64,000 nt of DNA from Bryobacterales bacterium (GCA_965206775.1 CBDBKU010000002.1:1999796-2063795); one strand, 5' to 3'. Counted from the first letter of the stretch, positions 1-10,373 are shown. Numbers and translations: made by a program. The notes: generated from the letters alone by a model not told the origin.

Positions 1-1107
1 GCCGGCGACGATGTCTGGAAGACGCATGGTTGCGACGAACTTCTGGCACTTGCCGAGAAGCTCGGGATCCCGGTTACCAACCAAGGGCAGGGCTACGACA
101 ACTTCCCGGCCCACCATCCGCAGAATCTGGGGCGCTTCAACCAGAAGCACAAGATGATCTCGGGAGCGGACGTCGTCTTCAGCGTGGGTGCGCCCGACTT
201 CGGCGGCAGGGTGATCCCGGGCGGTCCCGAAGCGCCGCTCGGAGCGAAGTTCATCCGCCTCACGGCGAACAGCGACGTCATCAGCCGCAACTATCCGACC
301 GACCTGGCGCTGGCCGGTACCCCGCGGGAGGGCCTGCGCGATCTGAACGACGCGATCGACTCGATAACCACTGCCAGCCGCCGCAAGAAGATCGCCAAGC
401 CGCGCGCCGACGCCCTAGCGGCCTACACGAAAGATGCCCGGGCGAAGGCGGAGAAGGAAGCTCGGGCGAACTTCGGGAACGGTCCCATTCATCCTGACGA
501 GCTTGGCGCAACGATCGCCAAGGTCGCCGACGCCAACGCGATCATCGTGCCGGAGAACCTCACGGCCAGGTTCGGCTCGTTCAACTTCGGCCATCGCGAT
601 GGCGAAATGATGCGCGTGGCCAACACAGGCAACGGCCTCGGCTGGGGCATCGGGGCGGCTGCGGGCGCGAAGCTCGCCGAGCCCGACCGCCAGGTCATCT
701 GCTCGATCGGCGACGGCTCCCTGATGTACAGCGCGTCGGGCCTCTGGACGCAGGCACGCTACGAGATCCCGGTACTGACCGTGGTTTCAAACAACCGCAA
801 CTACCAGACAGTCAGGAACGCGTACTACCGCTACGGCGGAAAGATGGCCGAGACGGACCAGTACACCGGCATGTACCTCGGTGACCCGGACATCAGCTTC
901 GTCGAGCTCGCCAAGAGCCAGGGCGTGGCCGGCGAGAAGGTCAACGAGTCCTCCGAGCTCGAGGCGGCCCTGGAGCGCGGCGTCGAGGCGACCCGCGAAG
1001 GCCGCCCGTACGTCGTGGACGTCGAGACCGCCCGGTACGGCGGCGGGGCCAAATCGGACTGGCACCAGAAGTTCAGCCTGGCCGACAAGCGGACGAAGGA
1101 CGTCTAG
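1..1107 (+). CDS. Thiamine-diphosphate-dependent enzyme (acetolactate-synthase-like superfamily), 5'-partial at window edge
   Basis: Frame 1 is open from base 1 (AGDDVWKTHGCDELLALAEKLGIPV...) and runs into the listed 154..1107 ORF. It carries the C-terminal TPP-binding block IGDGSLMYSASGLWTQARYEIPVLTVVSNNRNY. Confidence 0.75.
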   Translation, partial: AGDDVWKTHGCDELLALAEKLGIPVTNQGQGYDNFPAHHPQNLGRFNQKHKMISGADVVFSVGAPDFGGRVIPGGPEAPLGAKFIRLTANSDVISRNYPTDLALAGTPREGLRDLNDAIDSITTASRRKKIAKPRADALAAYTKDARAKAEKEARANFGNGPIHPDELGATIAKVADANAIIVPENLTARFGSFNFGHRDGEMMRVANTGNGLGWGIGAAAGAKLAEPDRQVICSIGDGSLMYSASGLWTQARYEIPVLTVVSNNRNYQTVRNAYYRYGGKMAETDQYTGMYLGDPDISFVELAKSQGVAGEKVNESSELEAALERGVEATREGRPYVVDVETARYGGGAKSDWHQKFSLADKRTKDV

Positions 1108-1224
1108 GGCGGCGACCACCGGACGACGGCCGGGGTCCGGCCGCTGCAAGTTGGCTTGGAGACAGCGATCCTTGCGATCGGGACGTCTTCCAGGCCCCTG
1201 GGCCGGATATAATCCCAGCGACGC

Positions 1225-3123
1225 ATGCCGTATCGTCCTACTCGCCGCACCTTCATCAAGAGCGCCGCCCTCTCGTCCGCGGCGCTATACGCCCTGCCAG
1301 GCCGCGCCTCCCTCGGCGCTTCGGACGACTGGCCTCACTACGGCGGCTCGCCCGGTGCCACCCGCTACTCCGAGTTGGACCAGATTGACCGCACCAACGC
1401 TTCCGAGCTGAAGGTCGCTTGGGTCCATGCCACCGGCGACAGCATGACGCGGCCGACCACCAAGATCGAATGCACCCCGATCGTCGTGGACGGTCGGATG
1501 TACATCACCACGGCTCAAGTTCAGGTGCGCGCGCTGGACGCTGCCACGGGCGAGATGCTGTGGAACTTCGACCCTTTCGAGGGGATCCGCATGCGCCGCT
1601 CGAAGGGCGTCAACCGAGGCGTCGCGTACTGGGCCGATGGCGACGATCGTCGCATCTTCATGTCCGGGTCCGCCCAGGACACGATGTATTGCCTCAACGC
1701 CGACACGGGCAAGCTGGTGACGGAATTCGCCGCTGGCGGCATGCTGAACATGAAGGACGGCTTGGACCGGGAGCTGGCCGAATCCACGCGCAGCTACTAC
1801 GCCAGTCCGCCGGTGATCTTCGAAGACCTGCTGCTGATCGGCGGCGGCTCGGGCAGCGAGGGTCCCGCACCGGCCGCTCCGGGCCATATCCGCGGATTCG
1901 ACGTCCGCACGGGCAAGAGGCGGTGGATTTTCCATACCATTCCGCACCCGGGCGAGTTCGGCTACGAGACGTGGGGCAAGGACAGCTGGAAAACGGCAGG
2001 CGGCGCGAACAACTGGGGCGGCATGAGTCTGGATCCCGAGCGGGGGCTGCTCTTCGTGTCAACCGGGTCGCCGACTTATGACTTCTACGGCGCGGACCGC
2101 CCCGGCGCGAATCTCTTCGGGAACTCGGTCATCGCGCTCGACGCCCGGACGGGCGAGCGCAAGTGGCACTACCAAACGGTCCACCACGACCTTTGGGACT
2201 ACGACCTCCCTGCCCAGCCCGTTCTCGCGCGACGCAAGAACAACGGCGAGTGGCAGGACGTCGTGGTGCAGATCTCGAAGCAGGCCTTCTGGTACATCTT
2301 CGACCGCGAGACGGGCGAATCGGTGTGGGAGATCGAGGAGCGGCCCGTGCCCGAGTCGGACGTCGACGGCGAGCATGCTTTTCAGACACAGCCGTTTCCG
2401 ACCAAGCCGCCGCCCTTCGCTCGCCAGGGATTCGGGGAGGAAGCGTACATCACCGACATTTCCGACGAGTCGCGAGAGTTCATCAAGCGCCGTCTCAAGG
2501 ACTTGCGGTACGGCATGCTCTACACACCGCCGAGCAGGCGAGGCACGGTATACAACCCGGGGACGGTAGGGGGGACGATCTGGGGCGGCACCAGCCACGA
2601 CCCGGAAGCCGGGCTGATGTTCATCAATGCCAACAACTGGCCCAAATTCTTCGCGCTGCTCGAAGCGGCGGAAGGGCTCGGCTATCCCTACATCCAGTCC
2701 GCCTATCCGTTCTTCGTGGACCAGGACAAATACTCGGCTGCCAAGCCTCCCTGGGGCGAGCTGCTTTGCCTGGATCTCGCGACGGGCGACTACCGCTGGC
2801 GGCGGCCGATCGGCGAGTACGCCGAGCTCAAGGCCAGGGGCATCGAGGGGACGGGAACGTTCAATGTCGGCGGATCGATCGTCACCAAGGGCGGGTTGCT
2901 ATTCCTCGGGGCAACGCAGGACGAAAAGTTCCGTGCCTTCGACACCAGTTCGGGCGAGATCTTGTTCGAGCACCAGCTCTCGGCCGGCGGGTACGCCACG
3001 CCTTGCACGTATGCGGTCGACGGCAAGCAGTATGTCGTCATCGCCGCAGGCGGCGGCGGACGGGACATCGGGTCGGGCGGCAAGAAGTCCGGAGACGAGT
3101 TCGTCGCCTTCAGCCTTGGATAG
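1225..3123 (+). CDS. PQQ-dependent (quinoprotein) dehydrogenase, glucose/quinate/alcohol dehydrogenase-like, Tat/Sec exported
   Basis: 632 aa. The N-terminus RRTFIKSAALSSAALYALPG is Tat-like. Beta-propeller motifs are present (GGANNWGGMS, HHDLWDYDLPAQP, repeated W/G blocks). Confidence 0.8.
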   Translation: MPYRPTRRTFIKSAALSSAALYALPGRASLGASDDWPHYGGSPGATRYSELDQIDRTNASELKVAWVHATGDSMTRPTTKIECTPIVVDGRMYITTAQVQVRALDAATGEMLWNFDPFEGIRMRRSKGVNRGVAYWADGDDRRIFMSGSAQDTMYCLNADTGKLVTEFAAGGMLNMKDGLDRELAESTRSYYASPPVIFEDLLLIGGGSGSEGPAPAAPGHIRGFDVRTGKRRWIFHTIPHPGEFGYETWGKDSWKTAGGANNWGGMSLDPERGLLFVSTGSPTYDFYGADRPGANLFGNSVIALDARTGERKWHYQTVHHDLWDYDLPAQPVLARRKNNGEWQDVVVQISKQAFWYIFDRETGESVWEIEERPVPESDVDGEHAFQTQPFPTKPPPFARQGFGEEAYITDISDESREFIKRRLKDLRYGMLYTPPSRRGTVYNPGTVGGTIWGGTSHDPEAGLMFINANNWPKFFALLEAAEGLGYPYIQSAYPFFVDQDKYSAAKPPWGELLCLDLATGDYRWRRPIGEYAELKARGIEGTGTFNVGGSIVTKGGLLFLGATQDEKFRAFDTSSGEILFEHQLSAGGYATPCTYAVDGKQYVVIAAGGGGRDIGSGGKKSGDEFVAFSLG

Positions 3124-3226
3124 CCGGCGGTTGCCTGCCGCGATTCGATGTCGGCGCGAGGGTTGCACGTTGCTTGCGCGAGAGCAATTCAGCGTGGAAC
3201 TCACTGCGAGGACCGTATGATGGAGC

Positions 3227-3652
3227 TTGGATACGCAGCGGTTCTCGGTTGCCGATTATGTCGACGTGATTGAGAAGGGTCGCGACGACAGAGAGCGGTA
3301 TCGGATGCTGATTCGCGACCTGCCGCGCCGTTTCCACGCGGCAAGCCACGCGGTGCAGGCTTTCTCGCTGCAGGATGCTCCGAAGCTAACAGCAACACGC
3401 TGGGATGCATTGCTGGCGGCAGTCGCCGAGCATATCGCAATCTTGCACGATCATCCGATTCCGGAATGGGTAGACGAACCGGAGAGATTTCTGCGGATTC
3501 CCTGGATGCCGCTGCATCGCCTTCCTGCGCTCTACGCGGTGGCGTTCATCGACTCGCCAGGTGCCTTTGTCCGGCACGGGACCTTCATCGATCCATCCGA
3601 GCTCGACAAGCGAGGAGGGGAGCGAGACTATGGATGCCTTATCGGCCGATGA
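3227..3652 (+). CDS. Hypothetical protein, possible partner of the downstream nucleotidyltransferase-like gene
   Basis: 141-aa ORF overlapping the next ORF start (3630) by 23 nt. I recognise no family. Confidence 0.4.
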   Translation: MDTQRFSVADYVDVIEKGRDDRERYRMLIRDLPRRFHAASHAVQAFSLQDAPKLTATRWDALLAAVAEHIAILHDHPIPEWVDEPERFLRIPWMPLHRLPALYAVAFIDSPGAFVRHGTFIDPSELDKRGGERDYGCLIGR

Positions 3653-4238
3653 CATGCGCGACGCCCTCGAGGACCTGTCCGAGGAACTGAGGCGGGATGG
3701 GGTCAAAACGCGCCTGTATCTTGTGGGAGGCGCAGCCATCACGATGGCCTTTCGCGATAGCCGACAGACTTACGACTTGGACACATTGATCGTCGAAGGC
3801 CGCGGGCCTGTGACCGAGGCGGCGCGTCGGATCGCGAGGAAGCGCGGGTGGCCGGAAACATGGCTCAACGAGGGCGCAGTTCCCTACATGGGAGAGCTTC
3901 CCGATCGCAAAGCGCGAACTGTCTTCGGAACGGCAAACCTGGTCGTAACCGCAGCTTCCGCTGAATTCCTGCTCGCCATGAAAGTGCGGGCAGGCCGCGC
4001 TATTGATCTGGACGAGATTGCCCTGCTCGCGGATGAACTCGGCTTGCGAACTGCCAGAGAAGTGTACGACGTGCATGAGAAGTCTTCCCCTCAGTGCCGC
4101 TTTTGCCACGCGCGGATCAGACTGTCAGGCAGTTTCTGGCCTCGCGCTGGCCGGGGGATCGATCGCTCGAGCAGTTCTGACGATGCGGCGAGCTGCGATC
4201 GCGCGGATGTCAGTTCCCGAAATTCTGGCACACCCTGA
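3630..4238 (+). CDS. Minimal nucleotidyltransferase-like protein (DUF6036/AbiEii-like fold), possibly frameshifted near 4080
   Basis: ATG at 3630 follows a GAGGAGGGG RBS. Motifs: RLYLVGGAAITMAFRDSRQTYDLD and AEFLLAMKVRAGRAIDLDEI. After ~4079 a more protein-like tail (EVFPSVPLLPRADQTVRQFLASRWPGDRSLEQF, stop 4178-4180) sits in another frame. Confidence 0.5.
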   Translation: MDALSADDMRDALEDLSEELRRDGVKTRLYLVGGAAITMAFRDSRQTYDLDTLIVEGRGPVTEAARRIARKRGWPETWLNEGAVPYMGELPDRKARTVFGTANLVVTAASAEFLLAMKVRAGRAIDLDEIALLADELGLRTAREVYDVHEKSSPQCRFCHARIRLSGSFWPRAGRGIDRSSSSDDAASCDRADVSSRNSGTP

Positions 4239-4583
4239 CTTCCGGCTTGAATTCGAAGACGCGGACTTGTATCTCCCCTACCGGGGGGCCGTGCGAAGCT
4301 CCCCGGCAAGAGAGAGATGCGGACGTGCACCACGCAACCAAGCGATTGGAGATCGAGATCTTGCTGAAGGCGGGACTGCCGAGACGACGGGTGGCGGAGG
4401 TGTCGCTACGGACCGTCCACCGGATCCGGGCCGAGTTCGAGGCGCGGTCGGCCGGTGGGTCTTCGCTGCACAAGCCGATATTCGTGGCTGCCGACCTGAT
4501 TCTGAGTAGACGCAGCGCCGCGCGATCGCAGGCGAGATCCAAGACAGGAGCTGTGCTGCGTTAACATTAGCCAACAGTCAACA

Positions 4584-6929
4584 ATGCGTCGTTACGCACT
4601 CGTAGTCCTAGCGGTGGTCCCTGCATTCGGGCTGCTTCTGGCGGCCGATTCCAAGGGGCGGGGCGCCGTTGGAAGTCCATCCCAGGAAGCCTTCGAGGAA
4701 TCGGTCGCGCCCATCTTCGCGAAATGTACGCCGTGCCACAACGACCAACTCGCCACGGCTGGCCTGAACATCGAGACCTTCGAATCGGTCGGCTCAATTG
4801 CCGGGCATCGCGATGCTTGGGAGAAGATCCTCCAAAAGGTCGCAGCAGGTGAAATGCCTCCGCGAGGAGCGGAGCGTCCCGATCATGACCAGCTCAGAGC
4901 TTTCGTGGCGTTCGTTGAGTCGGAGTTCGATCGCGCCGATACGAGCGCCCCAGCCGACCCTGGCCGCGTTACGGCTCGTCGGCTGAACCGAAGCGAATAC
5001 TCGCGCACGATTCGTGACCTGCTCGGCATCGAGTTTCGCGCCGAGAATGACTTTCCGACCGATGACTCGGGCTACGGCTTCGACAACATTGGCGACGTGC
5101 TCACGATTTCGCCTGTGTTGCTGGAGAAGTACATCAGCGCCGCGGAAGCAATTGCCGCCAGCGCTATTGGCGCCAACCCGTTACCTGAAACACCGATCGA
5201 GGCCGAGTACCACACCAAAGCCAAGACGATTCGACGGATCGATGTGAGCACGATCGAGGCCCGGCATCGTGTCCAGTGGGACGGCGAATACATCGTTCGG
5301 ATCGGCCTGCCAGGTGAGCGCCCCGAGGACGCCGCGCCCGTGACCATGGGCTTCTGGATGGATGGCAAGCTGCTAGCAACGAAGCAAGTTGATACCAAAC
5401 CGTCCGGGCTGGTCTACTTCAGCCCGCTTTCGATCGAGGAAATGCGCCTCTACCTGCCAGCCGGGGATCACGATTTACGTGCTGGATTCATTGATGATCC
5501 GTTCCCTTACACGTTGTCTGAGAAGGATCGCTATAGCCGAGACAAGAACAAGCTGCTTGAGTCGATCACGATCATCGGCCCCTTCGCAACGGATGTCGAG
5601 CCGGAAAGCCGCAAGAAGATTCTCTTCTGCGATCCTGAGTCAGGTCGCTCCTGCGTCGAGCAACTCATCGCTACCCTTGCCCGGCGCGCGTATCGGCGCA
5701 CAGTGACGCGGAACGATGTCGCAGCGCTGATGCGGTTCTTTGACCAAGCGCGGGCGGAAGGCCTCGTGGCTCGGCAGGGCGTCCAACTCGCGGTGCAGGC
5801 GATGCTAGTCTCGCCGCACTTCTTGTTCCGGATCGAACACGATCCGAGCCCGCACGACCCGAGCGCCGTTCACCGCGTTTCCGACTTCGAGCTCGCTTCT
5901 CGGTTGAGCTATTTCCTGTGGAGCTCGATGCCCGACGACGAGCTGCTCGATCTGGCCGAGAATGGCGGGCTGAGCAACCGCGACGCCCTCGATGCGCAGG
6001 TGCGCCGCATGCTCGACGACGAACGCTCCTCCGCATTGGCCGCTAACTTCGCCGGGCAGTGGCTCGAAACCCGCGCCCTTGACAACGCCAACCCCGACCC
6101 CGAGGCGTTCCCTGCATGGAGCGCAGAGCTTCGAGAAGACATGAAGGAGGAGACGCGGCTCTTCTTCGATGCCGTGCTGCGCGAAAATCTACCGATCTCG
6201 ACATTCCTCGACGCCGACTTTACGTTTCTCAACCCCCGACTCGCCAGACACTACGGCGTGAACGGTCTGACGGGCAGCGGATTCCGCCGAGTCACATTCG
6301 AGACCGACCAGCGGGGCGGAGTGCTCGGTCAGGCCGCCGTTCTGACGGTGACCAGCTATCCGACGCGCACCTCCCCGGTGATCCGCGGAAAGTACGTTCT
6401 GGAGGCGATTCTCGGAGCGCCGCCGCCGGATCCTCCGGCGGACGTGCCGGCACTGCAGGAGGAAGCACTGGGGGAGGATGCTTCGCTTCGGCAAATGATT
6501 GAGCAGCACCGCGCGAGCCCCGCTTGCGCGGTGTGCCATGATCGCATGGACGCGCTAGGCTTTGGCCTTGAGAACTACGACGCGATTGGAAGGTGGCGCG
6601 ACAAGGACGGCAATTTCGAAATCGATGCGGCCGGAGTCCTGCCCAACGGCAGATCATTCAACTCGCCCGCGGAAATGAGGCAGATCTTGCTGGCGGACCT
6701 CGATGAGTTCAGTCGCAATCTGAGCGAGAAGATGCTGATCTACGCGCTAGGAAGGGGTCTTGAGCCATATGATAGGATCACTGTGCGAGCAATCTCACAA
6801 AGGGTTAAAGAGGCTGGCTACGCGTTTCAAACATTGATTCACGAAGTTGTGCACAGCTTGCCGTTCCAGCACCGGCGAGGGGAGGCTCAACAGGTGCCAG
6901 CGATGCCGGAGGGAACCGGGTCGCGATGA
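4584..6929 (+). CDS. DUF1592/DUF1588/DUF1585-family protein with N-terminal cytochrome-c-like CxxCH (PSD-type)
   Basis: 781 aa with a signal peptide and a CTPCH motif. Conserved blocks: FLWSSMPDDELL, FAGQWLETRAL, DADFTFLNPRLARHYG, TSPVIRGKYVLE and CAVCHDRMDALGFGLENYD. Confidence 0.85.
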   Translation: MRRYALVVLAVVPAFGLLLAADSKGRGAVGSPSQEAFEESVAPIFAKCTPCHNDQLATAGLNIETFESVGSIAGHRDAWEKILQKVAAGEMPPRGAERPDHDQLRAFVAFVESEFDRADTSAPADPGRVTARRLNRSEYSRTIRDLLGIEFRAENDFPTDDSGYGFDNIGDVLTISPVLLEKYISAAEAIAASAIGANPLPETPIEAEYHTKAKTIRRIDVSTIEARHRVQWDGEYIVRIGLPGERPEDAAPVTMGFWMDGKLLATKQVDTKPSGLVYFSPLSIEEMRLYLPAGDHDLRAGFIDDPFPYTLSEKDRYSRDKNKLLESITIIGPFATDVEPESRKKILFCDPESGRSCVEQLIATLARRAYRRTVTRNDVAALMRFFDQARAEGLVARQGVQLAVQAMLVSPHFLFRIEHDPSPHDPSAVHRVSDFELASRLSYFLWSSMPDDELLDLAENGGLSNRDALDAQVRRMLDDERSSALAANFAGQWLETRALDNANPDPEAFPAWSAELREDMKEETRLFFDAVLRENLPISTFLDADFTFLNPRLARHYGVNGLTGSGFRRVTFETDQRGGVLGQAAVLTVTSYPTRTSPVIRGKYVLEAILGAPPPDPPADVPALQEEALGEDASLRQMIEQHRASPACAVCHDRMDALGFGLENYDAIGRWRDKDGNFEIDAAGVLPNGRSFNSPAEMRQILLADLDEFSRNLSEKMLIYALGRGLEPYDRITVRAISQRVKEAGYAFQTLIHEVVHSLPFQHRRGEAQQVPAMPEGTGSR

Positions 6930-8272
6930 TAGTCGGCAAGAGGCTAGCGAGACGGACGATTCTACGCGGGGCAGGTGCCGCCGTGGCGCTTCCATTCTTC
7001 GAAGCTATGGCCCCGGCCCTTGCATCCAGCCGCATTCCCGGCAAGAAGCCAGTGCGCATGGGCTGGGTCTACGTTCCGAACGGCATCGACATGCGTTTCT
7101 GGAACCCGGACTATAACGGTGCGTGGCGAGGTGACCTCCCGGGAACGCTACAGCCATTTGACAGTCTCCGAAATGACATCACCCTGCTCAGCAACCTCAC
7201 GCAGAACAACGGGCGGGCACTGCTCGACGGCCCCGGCGACCATGGCCGCTGTTGCGCGGCCTATCTGACTGGCGTACACCCGCGCAAGTCTGCTGTTGAC
7301 ATCCGGGCCGGCATCTCCTGCGACCAGATCGTTGCCAATGAAGCGGGCTCTGAAACGCGTTTCCCCTCGCTTGAGATCGGCATTGAGGACGCGCGGCAAG
7401 CTGGCAACTGCGACTCCGGGTACTCTTGCGCCTACACCAACAATCTGGCGTGGCGCGGAGAAACGCAACCGTTGCCGCCGATACTGAATCCGCGCGAACT
7501 ATTCGAGCGGCTGTTCGGCAAGGACGCTCATCTGAGCCCAGAAGCCCGTGCGCAGCGAAACCGTTTCCGCAAGAGCATACTCGACTTCGTGTCCGAGGAC
7601 ACCCGCAAGCTAAGGGGCGGCCTCGGACCTACTGATCAGCGCAAGCTCGACGAGTATCTCTCGTCGATTCGCGAGATCGAGAGGCAGATTGAGAAGACCG
7701 AGATCGAGAACGAGCAGATCGACCCGGGCCTCAACAAGCCCTACGGCGTTCCATCTGATTTCGCCGAGCACTTCAAATTGATGACGGACATGCTGACCGT
7801 GGCCATGCAGGCTGACATGAGCCGCGTGTTCACTTTCCTGGTTACCCGCGAAGGCAGTTCGCGCCCGTATCGTGAGATCGGTATTCCTGACGGCCACCAT
7901 CCGCTCACGCACCACCAGAACCGTCCCGAGCGAATGGAGAAAGTTGTCAAGATCAACCGCTATCACGCCGAGCAACTCGCGAAGTGGGTGAGGAAGCTGA
8001 AGTCAATACAGGAGGGTGACTCGACGTTGCTAGACAATTCGATGATCATCTACGGCGCCGGCCTCTCCGACGGCAACCGCCATACGCACCATGACCTGCC
8101 AACACTGATGATGGGCAGCGGGGGCGGCACGGTCAGGACCGGCCGTCGCGTGACCTACCGCAAGGAAACGCCAATCTCGAATCTCTACTTGTCGATGATG
8201 GACCGCATGGGCGTCCGTGTCGAGCATTTCGGCGACTCTACGGGTCGGCTGAACGGGCTGGACCTCACTTAG
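6926..8272 (+). CDS. DUF1552-domain protein (Tat signal), partner of DUF1592 protein
   Basis: ATGA overlap with the upstream gene. Motifs: RRTILRGAGAAVALPFFEAM, HHPLTHH and HTHHDLPTLMMG. Confidence 0.85.
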   Translation: MIVGKRLARRTILRGAGAAVALPFFEAMAPALASSRIPGKKPVRMGWVYVPNGIDMRFWNPDYNGAWRGDLPGTLQPFDSLRNDITLLSNLTQNNGRALLDGPGDHGRCCAAYLTGVHPRKSAVDIRAGISCDQIVANEAGSETRFPSLEIGIEDARQAGNCDSGYSCAYTNNLAWRGETQPLPPILNPRELFERLFGKDAHLSPEARAQRNRFRKSILDFVSEDTRKLRGGLGPTDQRKLDEYLSSIREIERQIEKTEIENEQIDPGLNKPYGVPSDFAEHFKLMTDMLTVAMQADMSRVFTFLVTREGSSRPYREIGIPDGHHPLTHHQNRPERMEKVVKINRYHAEQLAKWVRKLKSIQEGDSTLLDNSMIIYGAGLSDGNRHTHHDLPTLMMGSGGGTVRTGRRVTYRKETPISNLYLSMMDRMGVRVEHFGDSTGRLNGLDLT

Positions 8273-9362
8273 TGGGGTCGGGGTTCGGCACCGCCTGCCG
8301 TTGCTCCTCTTCCAGCTTCCTCTCTTCTTCCTTCTCGCGCTCCTCGATGATGCGCCTAAGGAATCCCGGCAGCTCCCTGGGGGCTGGCTGGGCGCTGATG
8401 ACCTCGCGGAAGGTTTGGATGACGCGGGCCTTCTCCGACGCCTCGAGGATCAGATAGCGGTGCTTCCCCTCGGAGCCCGGCTTGAATTCTGTTTGTCCGT
8501 CATCGAGTACCTGGATCGTTCCCGGCATGGAAGCGGCGAAGTAGCCGTCGCCCGGGCGTACGGCGTGGAGCGCAGCCGTCAGATCCCAACAGGGGGTGTC
8601 GTAGGGCATCTCTTGGTAGGCGCGATAGGCATCGACGATCGGATGATGCTCAGTCCAGGAGAAGTCATTCTCGATGCTCTCGCCAGGGTAGAGCAGGGCA
8701 TCGCCGACCTCGGCACCGGAAGCGACGATAGGGGCTGGCCACTCGGCGAACAGCTTTTTCGCGGCCGCGATGTCGGATTCAATGTTGTACTCCGGCCCAC
8801 CATGCGGGTACGCGCCGCCCATCACGGAGAGAAACCGCACCTTCGCTGCGATCAGGGCCTTCGCGCCGCGCAGATCGAGCAGTCGAGCCAAGTTCGTTGC
8901 AGGCCCGCTGAGAACCACGATCGCGTTCTGGTCGTGCTGCGCTGTGAGGGCGTTGCGGATGGTTGTCGCAGGGCCTGCCGTGTCCGTGAAACGTTCGATC
9001 TCATGAGAGTAGAGCGGCTTTCCACTGGCATCGCGTTTACGGAGCGGGGCGGCCAGCAGCGGAGTCGCATCGGACGACCAACCTGAATCGGAGAGCCCGA
9101 TCACCAGCCCGCGATATCTCCGATACTGCTCGGGTATCTTGCGGTCAGCGTGATCCGAGTAGAAGCGGCCAGTCGCTTGGGCAAACGCTGCGGCTTGCAA
9201 GTTCGACTTGGTGATGCTCACCGAGACGAGGCGACACTCTGGATTCTCCTGCCGGGCCAGTCCATGAAGAAACGCCAATGCCAAGGTGTCGTCGATGCTG
9301 TCTCCCAAGTCGCAATCGAAGACGATTCCAACTGGCGGTTTCTCTTGTGCATCGACCTGCAT
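8265..9362 (-). CDS. Inosine-uridine-preferring nucleoside hydrolase family protein
   Basis: N-terminal DCDLGDSIDDTLALAFL (DxDxxxDD calcium/ribose-binding signature). 365 aa. Convergent with the DUF1552 gene, overlapping it by 8 nt. Confidence 0.8.
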   Translation of the reverse strand: MQVDAQEKPPVGIVFDCDLGDSIDDTLALAFLHGLARQENPECRLVSVSITKSNLQAAAFAQATGRFYSDHADRKIPEQYRRYRGLVIGLSDSGWSSDATPLLAAPLRKRDASGKPLYSHEIERFTDTAGPATTIRNALTAQHDQNAIVVLSGPATNLARLLDLRGAKALIAAKVRFLSVMGGAYPHGGPEYNIESDIAAAKKLFAEWPAPIVASGAEVGDALLYPGESIENDFSWTEHHPIVDAYRAYQEMPYDTPCWDLTAALHAVRPGDGYFAASMPGTIQVLDDGQTEFKPGSEGKHRYLILEASEKARVIQTFREVISAQPAPRELPGFLRRIIEEREKEEERKLEEEQRQAVPNPDPTK

Positions 9363-9414
9363 CCTTGCAATTCCCCGGCAGTCGCTCTGCTTGCTTTCCC
9401 GTCGTTCCGTTCCT

Positions 9415-9861
9415 ATGCTTCCTCAGGGTAGCTCTTCGGAACTACTTTCTGGCTGGATCTCAGAGCGCGAGGAGATCCGCGCCAGCCTGGCTCGCCAGGG
9501 CATTGATCGATCCTCGCGTCCCTCCGCGCCCTCTGCCGCCGTGCTTGCGAGCAGCCCCGCCGATGCGGAAGGCCAGTACCGCAAAGCAGTCGACTGCGAC
9601 CGCGTCTACGCTGCCGCGCACGAGGGCCTTGGCTCGCTTCTCGACCGCCAGCGGCGCTCCGAAGATGCGTTGGTGTCACTGCGCCAGGCCATTGCGCTCG
9701 ATTCCAGCAATTCACAAGCGCTCTACAATCTCGCGCAAGTGTTGCTGCGGCTCGGACGCGACGACGAAGCCGTTGCGGCGCTGAAGCAGGTAGAGGCAAT
9801 CCATCGATTGGCCCACGAAGAGGAGAAACGGGTCGCCGGGGCCGACGGCTTGGATCGCTAG
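9415..9861 (+). CDS. Small TPR-repeat protein
   Basis: TPR-like repeats (AHEGLGSLLDRQRRSEDALVSLRQAIALDSSNSQALYNLAQVLLRLGRDDEAVAALKQ). The start was chosen at the internal ATG 9415; the listed ORF starts at 9286. Confidence 0.5.
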   Translation: MLPQGSSSELLSGWISEREEIRASLARQGIDRSSRPSAPSAAVLASSPADAEGQYRKAVDCDRVYAAAHEGLGSLLDRQRRSEDALVSLRQAIALDSSNSQALYNLAQVLLRLGRDDEAVAALKQVEAIHRLAHEEEKRVAGADGLDR

Positions 9862-10193
9862 CCGCCGGCGCAACGCTTCTCGATGCCTGCCCCGAAGGTT
9901 CCGCCTTGCCAAGCCGCCAAGGTCGCCGCAGCAACGGCCGGCCAAGTGCGATTCGCCGCGAAGCTGGCACTCCGGCAGAATCAAACTCGCTGCCGACTCT
10001 ATTGGGGACTCCTTTCAAGACCGGTTCGGGCACCCGGTGAGGTCGGTTGTGCTCGGGCCGACCCCGGCTCCTGCAGGGGCTGCCGCTGAACTGCCCACGT
10101 CCCTAGGGCCAGGCCGCCAGCGCGGTCAACGCCCGGATGGCTGCCGCGGCAGCTGCTTTTCGATGTCCGATAATTGGCGTCGGACCTGCCCCT

Positions 10194-10373
10194 CTAGCGA
10201 CGATTCAGCTTCGCGAGAATGTGCTTGGCGAGGTGATCTCAGATCTTGCGGTGGCGCGAAGCGGGCTGGGCAACACCTGTCCCGGGATTGCGGTACCAGT
10301 CATGCCTGGCACCGCGCCGGACCAGCACCCAGCTAGGCTCTTCGATCCTTTTGACGAGCGCGGTTCGTTTCAC
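10194..10373 (-). pseudogene. hicA: HicA-type mRNA interferase toxin with in-frame TGA
   Basis: The GTG start overlaps the hicB stop (GTGA). Translation: VKRTALVKRIEEPSWVLVRRGARHDWYRNPGTGVAQPASRHRKI*DHLAKHILAKLNRR*. The internal TGA is at 10239-10241 and the natural TAG at 10194-10196. Confidence 0.6.

Noticed and set aside
4247-4564. 105-aa ORF with an HTH-like segment (TKRLEIEILLKAGLPRRRVAEVS.RTVHRI), possibly an IS or resolvase N-terminal relic
   Set aside because: The motif is too short, the rest is low-complexity, and there is no partner catalytic domain.
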